Source: Eledone cirrhosa (lineage: Eukaryota). From it: a stretch of 64,000 bases of DNA. Under the pieces are notes generated by a model. That model ran no database searches. It saw only the letters and a program-made list of their open reading frames with translations, and was not told where the DNA came from. Shown here piece after piece: positions 39,740 through 54,273 of the stretch. A program made the translations under genes and the position numbers. Position 1 is the stretch's first letter, and every line of letters starts with the position of its first letter. The stretch covers positions 63,116,001 to 63,180,000 of the forward strand of contig OZ024741.1 in the NCBI GenBank assembly GCA_964016885.1, in the 5' to 3' direction.

Positions 39740-41169
39740 TGGGCAGATTATCCGGATGGTTTAAGGTAGACATTTGGTCGACTATACTATTGGACAAGAA
39801 CAAAATGTGTGAGCTGCAACAAAATCAACAATAACGGTGATGACCTTAGACGGTCGGACTATCTACTGAAATATCAGCTATAACACGGGGTTCAAATTTA
39901 TCTTCTTTTACTTTAAACAACTAAAATACCTCTATTAGAAGCAAAGAAAAGACTAGACTGGATAACGTTTTATCATAAGTTTGTTCGACCACGGATGACC
40001 TGTAGCTAAACAAAAACTGGCACATTTTTGGGCAAGAAAAATTGAATCTTGTTATTTATTTGTTTATTTTATTTTATTTTTTTTTTGTTATTCGACCAAC
40101 GAAATTTTGCATAGGGTTAACAGCGTGTACAAAACGTGTTGTCGAAAAAAATATGACAAATATAGTTAATTGCGCGATCTTTTAATAAATATGTATGGGT
40201 GAAAATGGCACCGTTTACAGAATTATTTCCCACCAAACACGTTGTGGTAATTTTTTTAAACAAATCAAAATAACTTCTCTAGATATTTTTTTAGTCTCCT
40301 AGGGAGATCAATATATTTCCCATCGATCGCTGATTCTTAAGTAACCCAACTTATATAGAATGAACTCATTGAAAATATAGCAAACTTTCAGTTATGTATT
40401 TCTTTTTTCTCTGTAAAATATTTGGCAGAATATTTATCTAAGTATGTTCGATGATCAGGTGGCAACAGCGTTATCTTTTTCTCAATCTTTAATGTGAACC
40501 TATCAATAATGGGAGGATGACTCATTAATCACACGTGCAACGTCACACGGTCTTCTTCAAACTAATAAGTATTTTTCACCCTATCGCCCGAGTTCGTTAT
40601 TTCTCGAAGAGACCCAAAGCTAGATTCAGATGATCTCATTTTAGTCACTATATTACACATAAGGATTTCATACGGATCACCAATAAGCTGATCTGATGTG
40701 CAAATAACTTATATATTTACACAATTTGCAGCATTTCCTACGTTTCAATGTGCGCACTGTAAATTCAATTCTGTTTCTCATATTATAGGACAACGTAAGA
40801 CAGTAGCTTTGTGTTAATGTAAGCAATTTCAAAATCACCAGCTGTCTGAAATAAGATGGCTAAAAGAACGAATAAATAAAATATAAAGAATAATTCGTTT
40901 TAGCAATATGGAAGCACAGTGTTATAGATTTCTATTTCAGTGTGTTTTTGCATTGAACTGTCAGTAAATACATACATACACACATGCATACATACATACA
41001 TACAAACATATATATACATTCAAACATATATACATACATATATGCACTCATACATACAAACATACATACATATATAAATACATAAATAAATATATATATA
41101 TAGACACACACACACACACATATATATATATATTCATACATTTATATATACTTGATACAAGTTACTTAA

Positions 41170-41800
41170 ATACATTTATGCAGACATGGTGGCTGCCAAC
41201 TCGTTTTCGAGTACGGCCACTACTTTATATCCATGTAGGAGAACCCCTACTGATGCGCTGAACGAGTGTGACTTTTTAGTCCAGCCAGCGACTTGAAAGC
41301 TCTGGTACAAACACTACACTTGTGACAATTATTGACACATAGTGCTGGGCCCATGGTACCATGTGACGACAAATGCAGAGAGATCTCCAGATATAAAGCA
41401 ATGCCTGTGCCGTGAAGCTTTTATAGTGAGCAAAGGCACTGCACAAAGCCAGTCCCACTCTCTTAACCAAGATGATATTTACCAAAAAGAAGAACAAGTC
41501 AACATCATTGGATACCATCAGGGTTGCAGGTGTTATATCAGAGTTTTCCTTCTCCTAGAATTCTGCCTTGACAAAGGCTAAGGGGTCATCTCTCCCGGTG
41601 ATTTTGGATGGCCATTGACTCTTAAGAGCTCCTTTGCCTTTTGACAGGTTTTGTTTTTAGTCCTGCAGGATGTCCAAAGTCACCCTCCTCACCAAGAAAC
41701 CTTGGTGGGGTTGCCAGTTTAGTCGCCAACGACCCGACCATGGGACAGGTTGTACTGGAATACATGTTACCAGTAGCACCAACTGGTGACCTGACATATG
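41170..41800 (-). mobile_element. Probable 5'UTR remnant of an RTE-clade LINE
   Basis: GC-richer island. Motifs GGCAACCCCACC and CTAGGAGAAGGAAAACTCTG recall RTE leaders (from memory). No ORF. Confidence 0.45.
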
Positions 41801-42065
41801 CAGACATACATATATATATAGATACTTAAATAAATGCATCTGTATATATATATACGTACAAACATACGTACGAACGGCCGTAAACACACACATACATACA
41901 TGCGTACATACACACATACATACACTCATACATATATATATATATATATATTTTTTTTATATATATATTTATTTTTATTTGTACTTCTAAAATCCCCCCC
42001 CCCTTTTTAAATGTCTTTCCACCACTCCCCTACACACCCTCGGAACTCTCTTCCTACCCACTTTT

Positions 42066-42180
42066 CTCCTGATGAAGGGCTTATGCCGGAAACGTCCGTT
42101 CCCCCACACACACTCTCAAAAGCGTGAACCTAATAAACTCATATTTGTACTGCCTCTCTGTTTTTGTTCCTGTCTAAGAT
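42066..42180 (+). mobile_element. Penelope-type 3' terminus with a decayed hammerhead
   Basis: CTGATGA-AGGGC-TTAT-GCCG-GAAAC-GTC (42069-42096), followed by AATAAA and (TA)n. Stem I does not pair. Confidence 0.55.
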
Positions 42181-42185
42181 TTAAC

Positions 42186-42216
<31 letters not shown>

Positions 42217-43393
42217 ACATATATATCTACTTAAATGTATGCACACATACATCCATGGATACATACATTCGTCTTTAGTTATCAGAAAAATATTTGTAAC
42301 GGGTTGCAATTTTTTCATCTCCCGCTATGTCACTCAATTTAATTTTAAGAAAAACATACCGTAAGCAATTGAAAGCTACCATGATCGAGAGGGTAAAAAA
42401 TGCAACCAGACCGATGATATCAATGTGACATGATCACAACCATAAGAAATTAACACGTACTTTAAATTAAATTAACTCTACAGTTTGAAGAGAATGTTTA
42501 AAATGCTGTCAATTTACTTAGTAATAAACAATATTGCTGAATAATATATGAAAACATGATAACAGCTAATAGACATTAAATTCCCATCTGAATACAGCAG
42601 CTGATATTAATCTGAAACTGTGAGGATAAGATGTGCTTGCACTGATTATGGTAATGAAGATTCATAATCTAAGCTTGCCAGGGGGATAAAATGACAAACA
42701 AAAGAACAAAAGAATAAAATTGTGAGTGACGCAAATTGAATACGTCCAACAGATTTCAGTTACATCTTATGGAAAAATGTTTCAAACGTAAGGTGTTGTT
42801 GAGCTCCAAATGCATTAGAGCCAATAAATAACTCTGAAACAATAACTTAAGGTATTTAATAAAAACAACTTCGTCAGCAAATATAGCTACATCACGGTAA
42901 CTTTAACCACAAGCATGGAAATTATATTGTCCGTTAACGGATTGATAACAAGATTTATAATTGTTTCTACTTTTGGCACAAGGCCAGCAATTATCCCAGT
43001 GCATTACTGGTACTTTATTTTATCGACACCTTAAGGATGAAAGGCAAAGTTAACCTAGGCGGGATTTGAACTCAGAACGTAAAGGGCCGTAACTCTATGC
43101 TGCAAAGCATTGCGTCTGACCCTCTACCGATACTGCCAATCCATAATATCGATACAATGCAACACGAAAAGCTTAGCCATATTCAATAAAGCACCTTTAT
43201 TGTATCAGGTGAAATTTTACCGAAATTTAACTTGCTTTAGCACCACTGGTTTCCGTAAGATAAGATATAGTCTAATACCTAGATAGAGCACGTTGATTAA
43301 GCCATTCCTCTGTGTCTAAGATAAAAATATTTATTCATGGAATTTCTCTTTTTGTATTTCTATGTTTCTTTCTCTAGTTTGCTTTCACACTTC

Positions 43394-43527
<134 letters not shown>

Positions 43528-44852
43528 GGGAGATGGGTTCCGTCAAATTTAAAATTATCCAATAAACGACATATGTCAATACACTGTCCCTACCACCACT
43601 CCGGGTGTTACGGTACCATGTAATGCATGCATGTTTATGTGGAGGCGGCAAATTAACAAAATCGTTATAACCTCGGATGGAAATATTTGCGATATCTGTT
43701 CTGTCTATCTGTGATCTAAGTGCAAAACCAATGAATTCAACTTCGGCTTTCATCATTTCGAGGTACGTTCAGTATGGAAGTCAATTCTTTCTCTATATCT
43801 CTTTCTCACTTGCTCTCTCTATTTCTCCTCTGGAAGAAATCAACTGTGTTAAGAACTGGAGACAGGATGAGCCCCATCGGTTGTTAAGATGCTTATGACA
43901 CGTCACACGTATGACTCTATCAGGAATTACGGATACATGCATGCATACAATAATCTGTGTAATTCTATGTCATATAGTTCTTGTTTAGCCACGTATATCC
44001 ACGTTCTATTAGAAATGTGATTAAAAACATTCCAGACAGGACTACTATGATAATTTGTTTACAAGTCTATTTAGTACCATGTTATCATATCCTTCCATTT
44101 TAAGACGGGTGTATGTAATTTGGCGGAGATTTGTTTGCATTTTCTAACACCATAAAGGTTCCTCTGTTATCCGTGTATAGTGCATATCAGCGTGGGTATA
44201 GAAAGATGTGTAAGTTGTGTTCAATTCAAAACCCATTTAATCCAGGCTTCATCTAACTACAAAAATATCTGGAAAAATCTTTGTTGGATCTGCTCTCCAT
44301 GTTGAACACATTTAAAATGATTATCGAAAGGCGACCATTTGTTAGTCTGTTTGTATAGCGTGGTTTATTAATTTTGTTATCTGTGTGTGTACTGATGATT
44401 TTTTTTCCAGAGTCTACAACTGTAAATGTTATGCAAACATACGAAACTGAAGGAAGAAAAAATCATTGAAAAAGGCCAAGCATAACAAGATATCTGAACT
44501 TCTTTTAAAGGTGAAATCATAAGAAATTTCTTTAAAAAATTCCTATACAGGGCTTCAACTTGAAATTTAAAAAAAATACGATAAACACTATTTCAAAGAC
44601 GATATGATATACATATAAATTGTTATGACGGAATTTTCTTTCTAACTGCTACACCGAATATGAAATGTTACACCGAATATAAAATATTAGACAGAACGAC
44701 GCATGGACAAAGTTGATGCTGTGCATGTAAAAGCACATCTGGGACAATTAGTACTCGGTGGTTCGATCAACTAAACTACTTCTAACTGATCTAGCGTGGG
44801 TTTGGATCAGTATTTCACGGACACGTGCACCCTTAAACCACCGTTCAAGAAG

Positions 44853-44949
44853 AATCACCAGACAGAGGGTCTCAGAAGGCTGCAATCACCAGACAGAGGG
44901 TCTCAGAAGGCTTCAATCACCAGACAGAGGGTCTCAGAAGGCTGCAATC
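44853..44949. repeat. 31-bp minisatellite x3
   Basis: AATCACCAGACAGAGGGTCTCAGAAGGCTGC at 44853, 44884 and 44915. Confidence 0.95.
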
Positions 44950-46560
44950 CAATTTGAATTTATTCCATGTCACACAAATATTTGGCCAGCCAGCTGCTAT
45001 GTAAATCAGAAATTTCCCAGGTTGCCATGTAAGGGGATGTAACTTTATGTGGCGTGACTGTAAAGTGACACTCTTAACTATTCAGTCAAAATGTTGTTGT
45101 TGTTTTTATTGTTGTTTTGCTGTTGTAGTTATTGTTGTTGTTCTTTCTTTTTTTTTATTTTCTTCTTTTTCTTCATCTTCTCCAACTTATTACTGGGAGG
45201 GTATGCAGACTGGGTCCGCAGACAAGGCTGGATCCTTAAGCGAGACCAACCGAGGTCATGGATGTTATCAAACTATCTGGCTTGTAATCTATCTGGGGGT
45301 ATCCTGCCAACTGGCTTTGCCAGTAATATCTGCAGCTTTTCTTTCCTTTGATGGTGATGCTGATGATGATGATGTTAGTGTGCTTGTTGGTGGTCTTGGA
45401 GATGAATAGTGGATGATGAAGATGATGAGGTGGAAAATGATATTTATGATAGTGCTAATAATAATTGTTTCTACTTTTTGGCACAAGGCCAGCAATTACC
45501 CAGTACATTACTGGCACTTTATTTTATCGACCACGTAAGGATGAAAGGCAAAGTTAACCTCGGCGGGATTTGAACTCAGATCGTTAAGGGACGTAACTAT
45601 GCTGGAAAGCATGGTGTCTGACCCTCTACCGATACTGCCAAATGGTTTCTGATAAGGCAAGACATTTTTTCGGAGAGGGGAATGTCGATTAAATCGACCT
45701 TTGTGCATTACTGGTGCTTTATTTTATCGACCCCGTAAGGATGAAACGCAAAGCTAACCTCGCCGACATTTGAACTCAGAACGTAAAGGGAAGAAACTCG
45801 GTGACGCAAAGCATGGTGCCCAACGCTCTACCGATACTTCCAATCGACCACTCTTGATAGTGCTAATAATAATAGTTTCTAGCATAGGTACAAGGCCAGA
45901 AATTTCGACCCCAGTACTGGACTGGTACTTCATTTTATCGAACCCGGAAAGTTGACCTCAAAGTGATTTGAACTCAGATCGAAGAGGGCTGTTACTAAAT
46001 ACTGCAATACATTTCATCCGACACAGTAACATAGTGCTGATAATAATGATAATGATGATAGCAGCACGACCGCGTGATATGATGGTAGTATTTGAAGCTA
46101 TGGGAGATGTAAACGATATTTAAAGCTGAGCGTTCGACGGTGGCGTTGTGCGTGTTTGCAGATTGCAGTCTACGTTATCTAAACAGATTGAAAACAGCAA
46201 ATCTATAAGTAATTACAAACACGGAGATTTCGGTTTTTATCTCATGGGTTCCATGGTATTAGTGTCAGTTCAAAGAAAATGTATGTAAATTCAACAATTG
46301 CAGCATCTTTATGAAACTAAAATCATTTCTATCATGTGAAACACATAACCCATTATTTGGTAGCTAAGATGTGTCTCGTTAAATAAATACGCACAAATAA
46401 ATATGTATGTGTGTTTTACATACATGTATATATGTATATAAATACATGTGTGTGTGTATGTAAAGCATACATACATATTTATTTGTGCGCATACACACAC
46501 AACACACACATATATATAATGCTGAAGAATGGAAGAATAAGAGAAAGTAAAGTAGTTGAT

Positions 46561-46612
<52 letters not shown>

Positions 46613-46771
46613 CATACATAATTATTTCTACTTTTGGCACAAGGCCGGCAATTATCCCAGTGAAAGGCAAAGTTAACCTCGGCGGGATTTGAACTCAGAC
46701 CATAAAGGGCCGTAACTCTTTGCTGCAAAGCATGGCGTCCGACCCTCTACCGATACTGCCAATCCACGGCC

Positions 46772-47029
<258 letters not shown>

Positions 47030-47120
47030 GTTTCTACTTTAGGCAATAAAGGGACGTAAAGGGACGTAACTATGCTGGAAAGCATGGCGTCCGACCCTCT
47101 ACCGAATATAATATATATAC

Positions 47121-47153
<33 letters not shown>

Positions 47154-47242
47154 CATATACATTATATATATATATATATATATATAAATGTAAGTATGTA
47201 TGTATACGTACATACATATATGTATACAGACGTACAGTAGCA

Positions 47243-47291
<49 letters not shown>

Positions 47292-47536
47292 GCATACAGG
47301 TACACATACATATATGCACGCATCAGTTTAGCCTACGTTTATTATAACGCCGGCCGCTTTGTTCGTTTGTTTGTCAACAAAGCGAACAGCCTGAATTTAT
47401 GCCATACATGCCATACATACTTACATTTAAGTAAGTGCCATACTAAGAGTGAGAAATGAAATTTCGTTTTCATTTTTTTTTCGACTTATATATATATATA
47501 TATATACATAATATATATATACATATATATATATAC

Positions 47537-47625
<89 letters not shown>

Positions 47626-47791
47626 ACGCCTGCTGATGAGCTCGTTTCTAAGTCCTAGGACATGAGGGTCACCATTATTATTGCTGCACCTATAGATGTC
47701 CTTCTTTGGTTGACCATTGATGAGGGAATTTTACACTTCCGCTCTCAGTTGCGCTTTTTGATGTGTTGTATGTTATTGTGTGTAGCACACA

Positions 47792-47874
<83 letters not shown>

Positions 47875-47890
47875 ACACACACACGCACAC

Positions 47891-47990
<100 letters not shown>

Positions 47991-49339
47991 TAGAAACAGT
48001 CGCAAGTGGTTGCAGAGAAAAGAAGATAGTGGCGAACATGATCGTCGCCCTGTCTCATGTCGTGGGTATAACCGTAAGAGAAACCTCAGATCTTTCGAGT
48101 ACGACGATATGGTCGTATAACTACAAACGACTGAAATACGAAGTGTGGAGATACTGCGTAGGTGGGGAAGGGGAATAGAGCCAGGACGTGATGTGATGCA
48201 TTACATATTGGGAAAGAATTACCACCGACGGTGCCTCAGCCTCGGCACTGGGGGCCACGCCAGCACAGTTGAGAGCACAGCAGACAAAAGCACACATGCA
48301 ACCTCAAGCGAGAACCATGGAAAGTTGTATGTTGGTGGCGTGTGGTGCTTTAGAGCGTGTGTAAGTGCAAGAATATACGCCTACGTGCATCTAAATGTGT
48401 AGGAGTGTAGGTGAGGTTAAGTTAACTGCAGATGCAGATGTATGCGTATATGATACAAGCGTATATGTATGCATGCTGTGTGCATGGAAGGCTAAATCCT
48501 GTGCGTGATGAACCCTCTGGATGCAATAGTGTTCACAATCTGAAACTTGGATCCATTTACGAAGACGTTGGCTTCACTGTAATGATCGTAGCAGAATCTT
48601 CTTGCACCCAGTTATTCCTTTCCTCTTGTATGAAAGTTTTTAAAAGCTTATTAAGAGTAGGATAAGATTGTTACAATTTATTTGCTAAACCACCTTGCAT
48701 CATGCCCAATTAAGACCTTTATTCATTAAGGCATTCCTTTATTTATTCCTTTATTTATTTTTGTCATGTGAGTTCTAAAAATATCCCAGTTGAATAGAAG
48801 CGGCATTTAAAAATAAACCACTTTCACGTTTAGAACAACATATTTAGAAGACAAAGTATCAATCCTTTTTCATCCATCCAATCTAATGTATATGCACGTA
48901 GATATCACTGGTTAAGTTTTATTTATGGATATTGTTTCTTTTAAGTATTGAAATTATAGCTAGTTCTAGTCCAACTGAGCATCACTGTGCAATGCGTTTT
49001 CTCGTGTACACTGGTCTCAACAGTAATAGATTTGTTACCATTTATATATGTATAATTGTTATTTCAAGCATTCGTTTTCTTAACTCTATAATATATTTGT
49101 GGATACAGGCATTTTCATTTAAAACTAACTCGGCAATATTTGAGTAATTCTTTTTTACTTGTCAATACTAAGCAGATAACATCATGATGTATAACCAGTG
49201 ACATACATCCCTCCCCTTCTTTGGTCAAAAGACCAGTCATAATGTTCATTTTACATAGTGTAATTTATGGTGTCTGATTTAAGTACAAGGCCAACAATTT
49301 TGGTGGAGGAAAAGGGCGGTTTAAACGGACCCCCATTTG

Positions 49340-49925
49340 GTCATTGATCGTTAAAATAAAGAAAACAAAAATTCAAACAAAATAAATTCCCCAATATAGG
49401 TAACTTCCGTGGGCCAAACAAGAAGAAAGACCTCAAAAATCCACGGCCACCATAATCGCTAGGGACAGTTTCTCCGCACTGTTGTCCCCCTCCAATCTGC
49501 AGGCGCATAATCAGAGCAGTCCCATTTACTCAGGCCATGCTCACTTCTCTCTCCCACATTTCAACTAACTGTTTGGAAGGCAGGACTTCCCCTTTCCTCC
49601 TGAATTTCATCTTCAAATGAAACCTGAAAAGGTTAATCAGAGTTTTGCCCAAGAGAAAATTGCTTCTCTTCAACCTTTCTAAACGTGTCAACCACACGAC
49701 CTGTTTCGCCATCGCCACCAAGCAAATAAAAACTGCCCTCCCTTCCCGGCTAAAGAAAGGAGCGGAGCAATCTTCACAATGGACTCATCTGCTAACCGGA
49801 TCCGTCCCACACGTGGCAGCAGGTATTTGACATAAACACACAATTTAGCAACACTCAGACAGGCCCGGCTGATGGCATATCCATACCTATATAGTTTATC
49901 TCGAACAGGAAATGCTCCCCAATAT
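49340..49925 (-). mobile_element. Tx1 element C, decayed 3' remnant
   Basis: AFPVRDKLYRYG and CLVAMAKQVVWLTRLERLK..FRFHLK..EMWERE align with the ORF2 C-termini of elements A and B. Confidence 0.8.
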
Positions 49926-50323
49926 AGGGTGAAGTTTCAAAAGCTACAAATGGCAACTACGAACATTAGCCTCAAACATTTTTAATCATTATATATAAGC
50001 CGAGGTTAACTTTTCCTTTCATCCTTATGGGGTCGATAAAATAAAGTACCAGTAATGTACTGGATAATTGCTGGCCTTGTGCCAAAAGTAGAAACAATTA
50101 TATATAAATCAAACGTGCGTGGATTGCTAGAATCGTTAAAGCATCGGCCAAAATTCCATGTGAATATTTGTTCCGACTCTTTACGTTTTGAGTTCAAATG
50201 CTCGTCAAATTTGCCTTTCATTCTTTCGCAATTGAAAAGGGGTCGATTTAATCGATTGGTGGGCTAGTGTCTAAATTAGAAACCATTATTTCTAGAACTC
50301 AGACTTGAGCTGTATGTATGAGC

Positions 50324-50452
<129 letters not shown>

Positions 50453-50552
50453 TATTGAAGTTTCCGTTGAAAATTGAAAAAGTCATAGGAGTGAAGAGTG
50501 CTCTATGTAAGTTACGGAGCTAAATTGAATGTATAATAAACAATACAATATC

Positions 50553-50628
50553 ATTACCTCATTACCAGAGGTTTCCCGAATAAGACGAATACAAGAAACG
50601 TCCTCGTTCGTTCGTCAGACAAGGCAAT
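50553..50628 (-). ncRNA. Type-I hammerhead ribozyme (inverted pLTR copy)
   Basis: Reverse complement of the motif at 53265-53342, with the core intact. Confidence 0.72.
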
Positions 50629-51904
50629 TTAAAACATAGTGAATTTCCCATACCACTATAGGCCATAATCTAGATAGATTCAGGAAGGACTTAATAAAAA
50701 CCTTCGCTAGTTTTAATCTTAAAATTACTATTGACACTAACCTTTCTAATGTTAATTTTCTAGATATAAACCTAGATCTGCCTACTGCTTCTTATAAACC
50801 GTACCATAAACCTAATGAAAATTTAAAATATATAAGTAAAGGCTCTTGCCATCCTCATATAGTTTTTAAAAATCTTATCCCTAATATTAGCCGTAGGATC
50901 TCCACTCTCTCTTCCTCAGAAGCTATTTTCAATAAGGCACCCCCCTATTATAATAAAGCCCTTCAAAATAGCGGATTTAGCGAACCGATTAAGTACATAC
51001 TCAACAATACTAACTCCTTTAAATATAATAATAGGAAAAGAAAAATAATCTGGTTCACACACCCTACTCTTTAGCAGTTAAAACTAATGTAGGCAAAAAA
51101 TTCCAAGAGCTCTTAGATAAACATTTCCCTAAAACACATAGATACTATAAGATATTCAATAGAAACTGTGTCAAAATCAGCTACTCCTGCGGTCCCCCTA
51201 TTAAATCTTACATCCTCAATAAGAAAATACCCAGAGAACATCAACATTGCGTCTGTAGAGTCAATTTTGAACCAATCTAAAGAATATGCAAGAGGAACAA
51301 GAAGATGCGCACTCTGCATAAGTGAAAAATATTGGATTTTACAGAACCTTAAATCATCAAAAACCTGCCTAAATGCAAAAACAGAAATTTTCACCAGGTG
51401 CCCACACTTGCTTTCCAGCTCATATTAACTTAACTCACTTTCAGATAATTATCCTCCATAAACTCTTGTTCTCCACTTTCCTTAACTTACCTTCTTTAGA
51501 GACTTCTCTTTCTGATTTACTTTTTATTTTTAATTCACATCCACCAGTGACCCCCTCCCCTGCTTTTTGATTCACTTACTTTATATCTTCACAATTTTAC
51601 ATATTTTACTTCCCCCTTTCTTTCACTACCTGATATCACTTGTCACTTGCGTTTTCAACTACAGATATATTCTGTTGTCCCTCAGCCGCTTTTATGTATG
51701 TTTACTTGCGTATAATTTGTACTCATTTATTCATACGACTGGTTTTTATATTGTATGTATGCGTGTAAGTGTGCATATGTGTGTATACGTGTTTGTATAT
51801 GTATACGAATGCATTCGTATGTGCATGTGTATGTGTATATGTGTGTGTGTATGTGTATTTTTATATCTATGTTTTTTACATATTTATATATATGTGTGTG
51901 TGTG

Positions 51905-51941
<37 letters not shown>

Positions 51942-51945
<4 letters not shown>

Positions 51946-52482
51946 TTAGTCTCATTCATTTTCATCCCCACACTCATCGACACAGTCTCAACCTCCCGCA
52001 TCAAATCCTCTGCCTCCTTCACTGTATTTGTCACCAAAACTATGTCGTCGGCAAATTCAGCATCCGATACCTTTTTCGCCCTAACTCTCCTGCTCTGAGC
52101 CGGTGCTACAGTAAAGCCAGAGTCCTGGTGTTTTTCCAGTGCAAGGCGCATACAATAGTCCACTACGATGATAAAAAGGTAGGGAGCCAATGTATCTCTC
52201 TGGAGCACTCCAGCCAGTATCTCAAAGAACTCAAAAGTGACACAGAGGAGACTGAGGTTAGCTGAACATGTTCACCGACATCCAGAGTTGACATTGCACT
52301 CAGTGCTCCTTTGGGAGACCCTACATGGACACACTAGAAGAGGAAGACCAAGGTTAACGTATGTTGATGCCCTAAGGACAGACACTGGTCTGTTGGAGAC
52401 GCAGGACATGGCAGCGATAATGAGGGACAGAGACCGCTGGAGAGAACTCGTCCATGGATCTCGGGAATTTTACCCGCCTTAG
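51942..52482 (+). mobile_element. RTE-clade LINE fragment with 5' inversion
   Basis: 51942-52232 (minus) encodes EFFEILAGVLQRDTLAPYLF..FADD..MNETKT. 52233-52482 (plus) encodes RRLRLAEHVHRH..LLW..RRGRPRLTYVD..MRDRDRW. Flanked by (TA)n. Confidence 0.85.
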
Positions 52483-52616
52483 ATATATATATATATATAT
52501 ATATGGTCGCGTGCGTGCGTGTGATTAGATGTACATGTATGTATATATATGTGCTTCGTGTGCATGTATGCGCGCTTTTGTATGTATGTACGCATGCAAG
52601 TGCTTTTGTCTGTACG

Positions 52617-52647
<31 letters not shown>

Positions 52648-53264
52648 ATGTGCGTACGAACCTCTGTATGTTTTCTATTTTTTCTAGTGTTATTTATAAT
52701 TGATAATCCCTACCTCTTACTTTCTCTTTGATTTAATTTTTTTATTCTCGTATATTTTTTCATTTTTTCATTTTCATATTTTATATTTTTACATCTGAAT
52801 CAACCTTCAGCCTGACACTGCTTTGACTGATACACTCCCTTCCCTGTGTATATCACATACATGTATGTGGTTGCGCGTGTGTATGTTTATATGCGTGCTT
52901 TCATGCTTGTATGTGTATATATTTCAATCCTTAGTCCCTGAGTCTGTATGTACGCTAACTCTATTATCTTACAATTTCTTTTTTCAACATATATTATATA
53001 CGTATTTGTGGTCACACAAACACTGATATGCTTGCCCTCATGTATGTACTTACACACACATTTTTTCACTATACACATGCATTTGTACATACACACATAT
53101 GTACATTTGGAGGTGCATATACAGACATTTATACACATACACTTACTATATTTCCTTATTTTATTTTTATATATCTCTTGCATTACTTTTATTTATATAT
53201 TTTTTTATTACCCGTTAAACTTTTGCCTTTCTTGAGGAGATTTTTCAAATATTTCACTGTTCTA

Positions 53265-53342
53265 AATTGCCTTGTCTGACGAACGAATGAGGACGTTTCT
53301 TGTATTCGTCTTATTCGGGAAACCTCTGGTAATGAGGTAATT
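53265..53342 (+). ncRNA. Type-I hammerhead ribozyme in the PLE-2 pLTR
   Basis: 11-bp stem I AAUUGCCUUGU/AUGAGGUAAUU; CUGACGA (53276-53282); stem II CGAAUGAGGACG/CGUCUUAUUCG; GAAA-CC(UCU)GG-UA. The 10.1-11.1 pair is a non-canonical A.G. Confidence 0.75.
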
Positions 53343-53384
53343 ATATTGTATTGTTTATTATACATTATACATACATATATATAC

Positions 53385-53444
<60 letters not shown>

Positions 53445-54152
53445 AACAAATTTAATCTAGCTGAGCAAGCCCATGCACGTACGTAAGTGGTTGGTTTTGT
53501 AGTTAGGAGAGGGCTACTGATCAATAATATGGTGGATGCCATAGCATAAGAGATGCGGCGGTTGTGTGACGCGACGGTTGACATATAGCTATGGATGAAT
53601 AGTACGGTTGATGATATACAGTTGTGGTTGATTAATATGTGAGTTGACATAAGTGGAATGTTAATTGACATGTAGCTGTCAATTAATGGTATGATTGATG
53701 ATATAGATCTATTTATGTGTGGTACAGACGAGTGGTATGGTAGTTGACATGTAGCTATTCATGAGAAAGGTTTTAGATGAATTAGTTCTATTGGTAGCTG
53801 GTATGATAGATGATAGAGCTATCTACGAATGGTATGCTAGTTGATATATGTCTATTGGTAGGCACTATGGTAGTTGATATAAAACTCTTCATGATTGGTG
53901 TGGTAGATGCTACAGCAATTGATGAGTGGTATGTATGTGTGTGACTGGCTTGAAAGGATATATATATGTGGATATACGACGTGTATTGATTGCAGGAACT
54001 GTTTATAGATAGTGAGACTAACGGATGAAGACATCAGTCTGGTCTGTGAGATAGATATAGATAAGTAGAGAGGCTGTTAATACCATGATGATCAAAATAA
54101 TTCATCTGCCCACCAGTTTGTATTCATAATTCATAAACATAATGACAAGAAC

Positions 54153-54273
<121 letters not shown>

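Larger units (their letters stand above)
50528..53366 (+). mobile_element. Penelope-like element 2 (Naiad-like), 5'-truncated, with an inverted 5' pLTR piece and a nested RTE
   Basis: 50644-51425 encodes LDRFRKDLIK..VNFLDINLDL..YKPYHKPNE..RRISTLSS, KIIWFT, HFPK.H..KIFNRNCVKISYSC and CALCISEK..RCPH. 50528-50643 is the reverse complement of ~53252-53366. Confidence 0.85.

Noticed and set aside
44853-44949. 31-bp direct repeats as a CRISPR-like array
   Set aside because: The repeats are head-to-tail with no spacers, in a eukaryotic context.
47630-47670. CTGATGAG motif
   Set aside because: There is no GAAA on the same strand at a suitable distance.
53460-54060. Degenerate GTTGACATGTAGCT-type periodic sequence
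   Set aside because: Old low-complexity minisatellite with no definable unit or structure.
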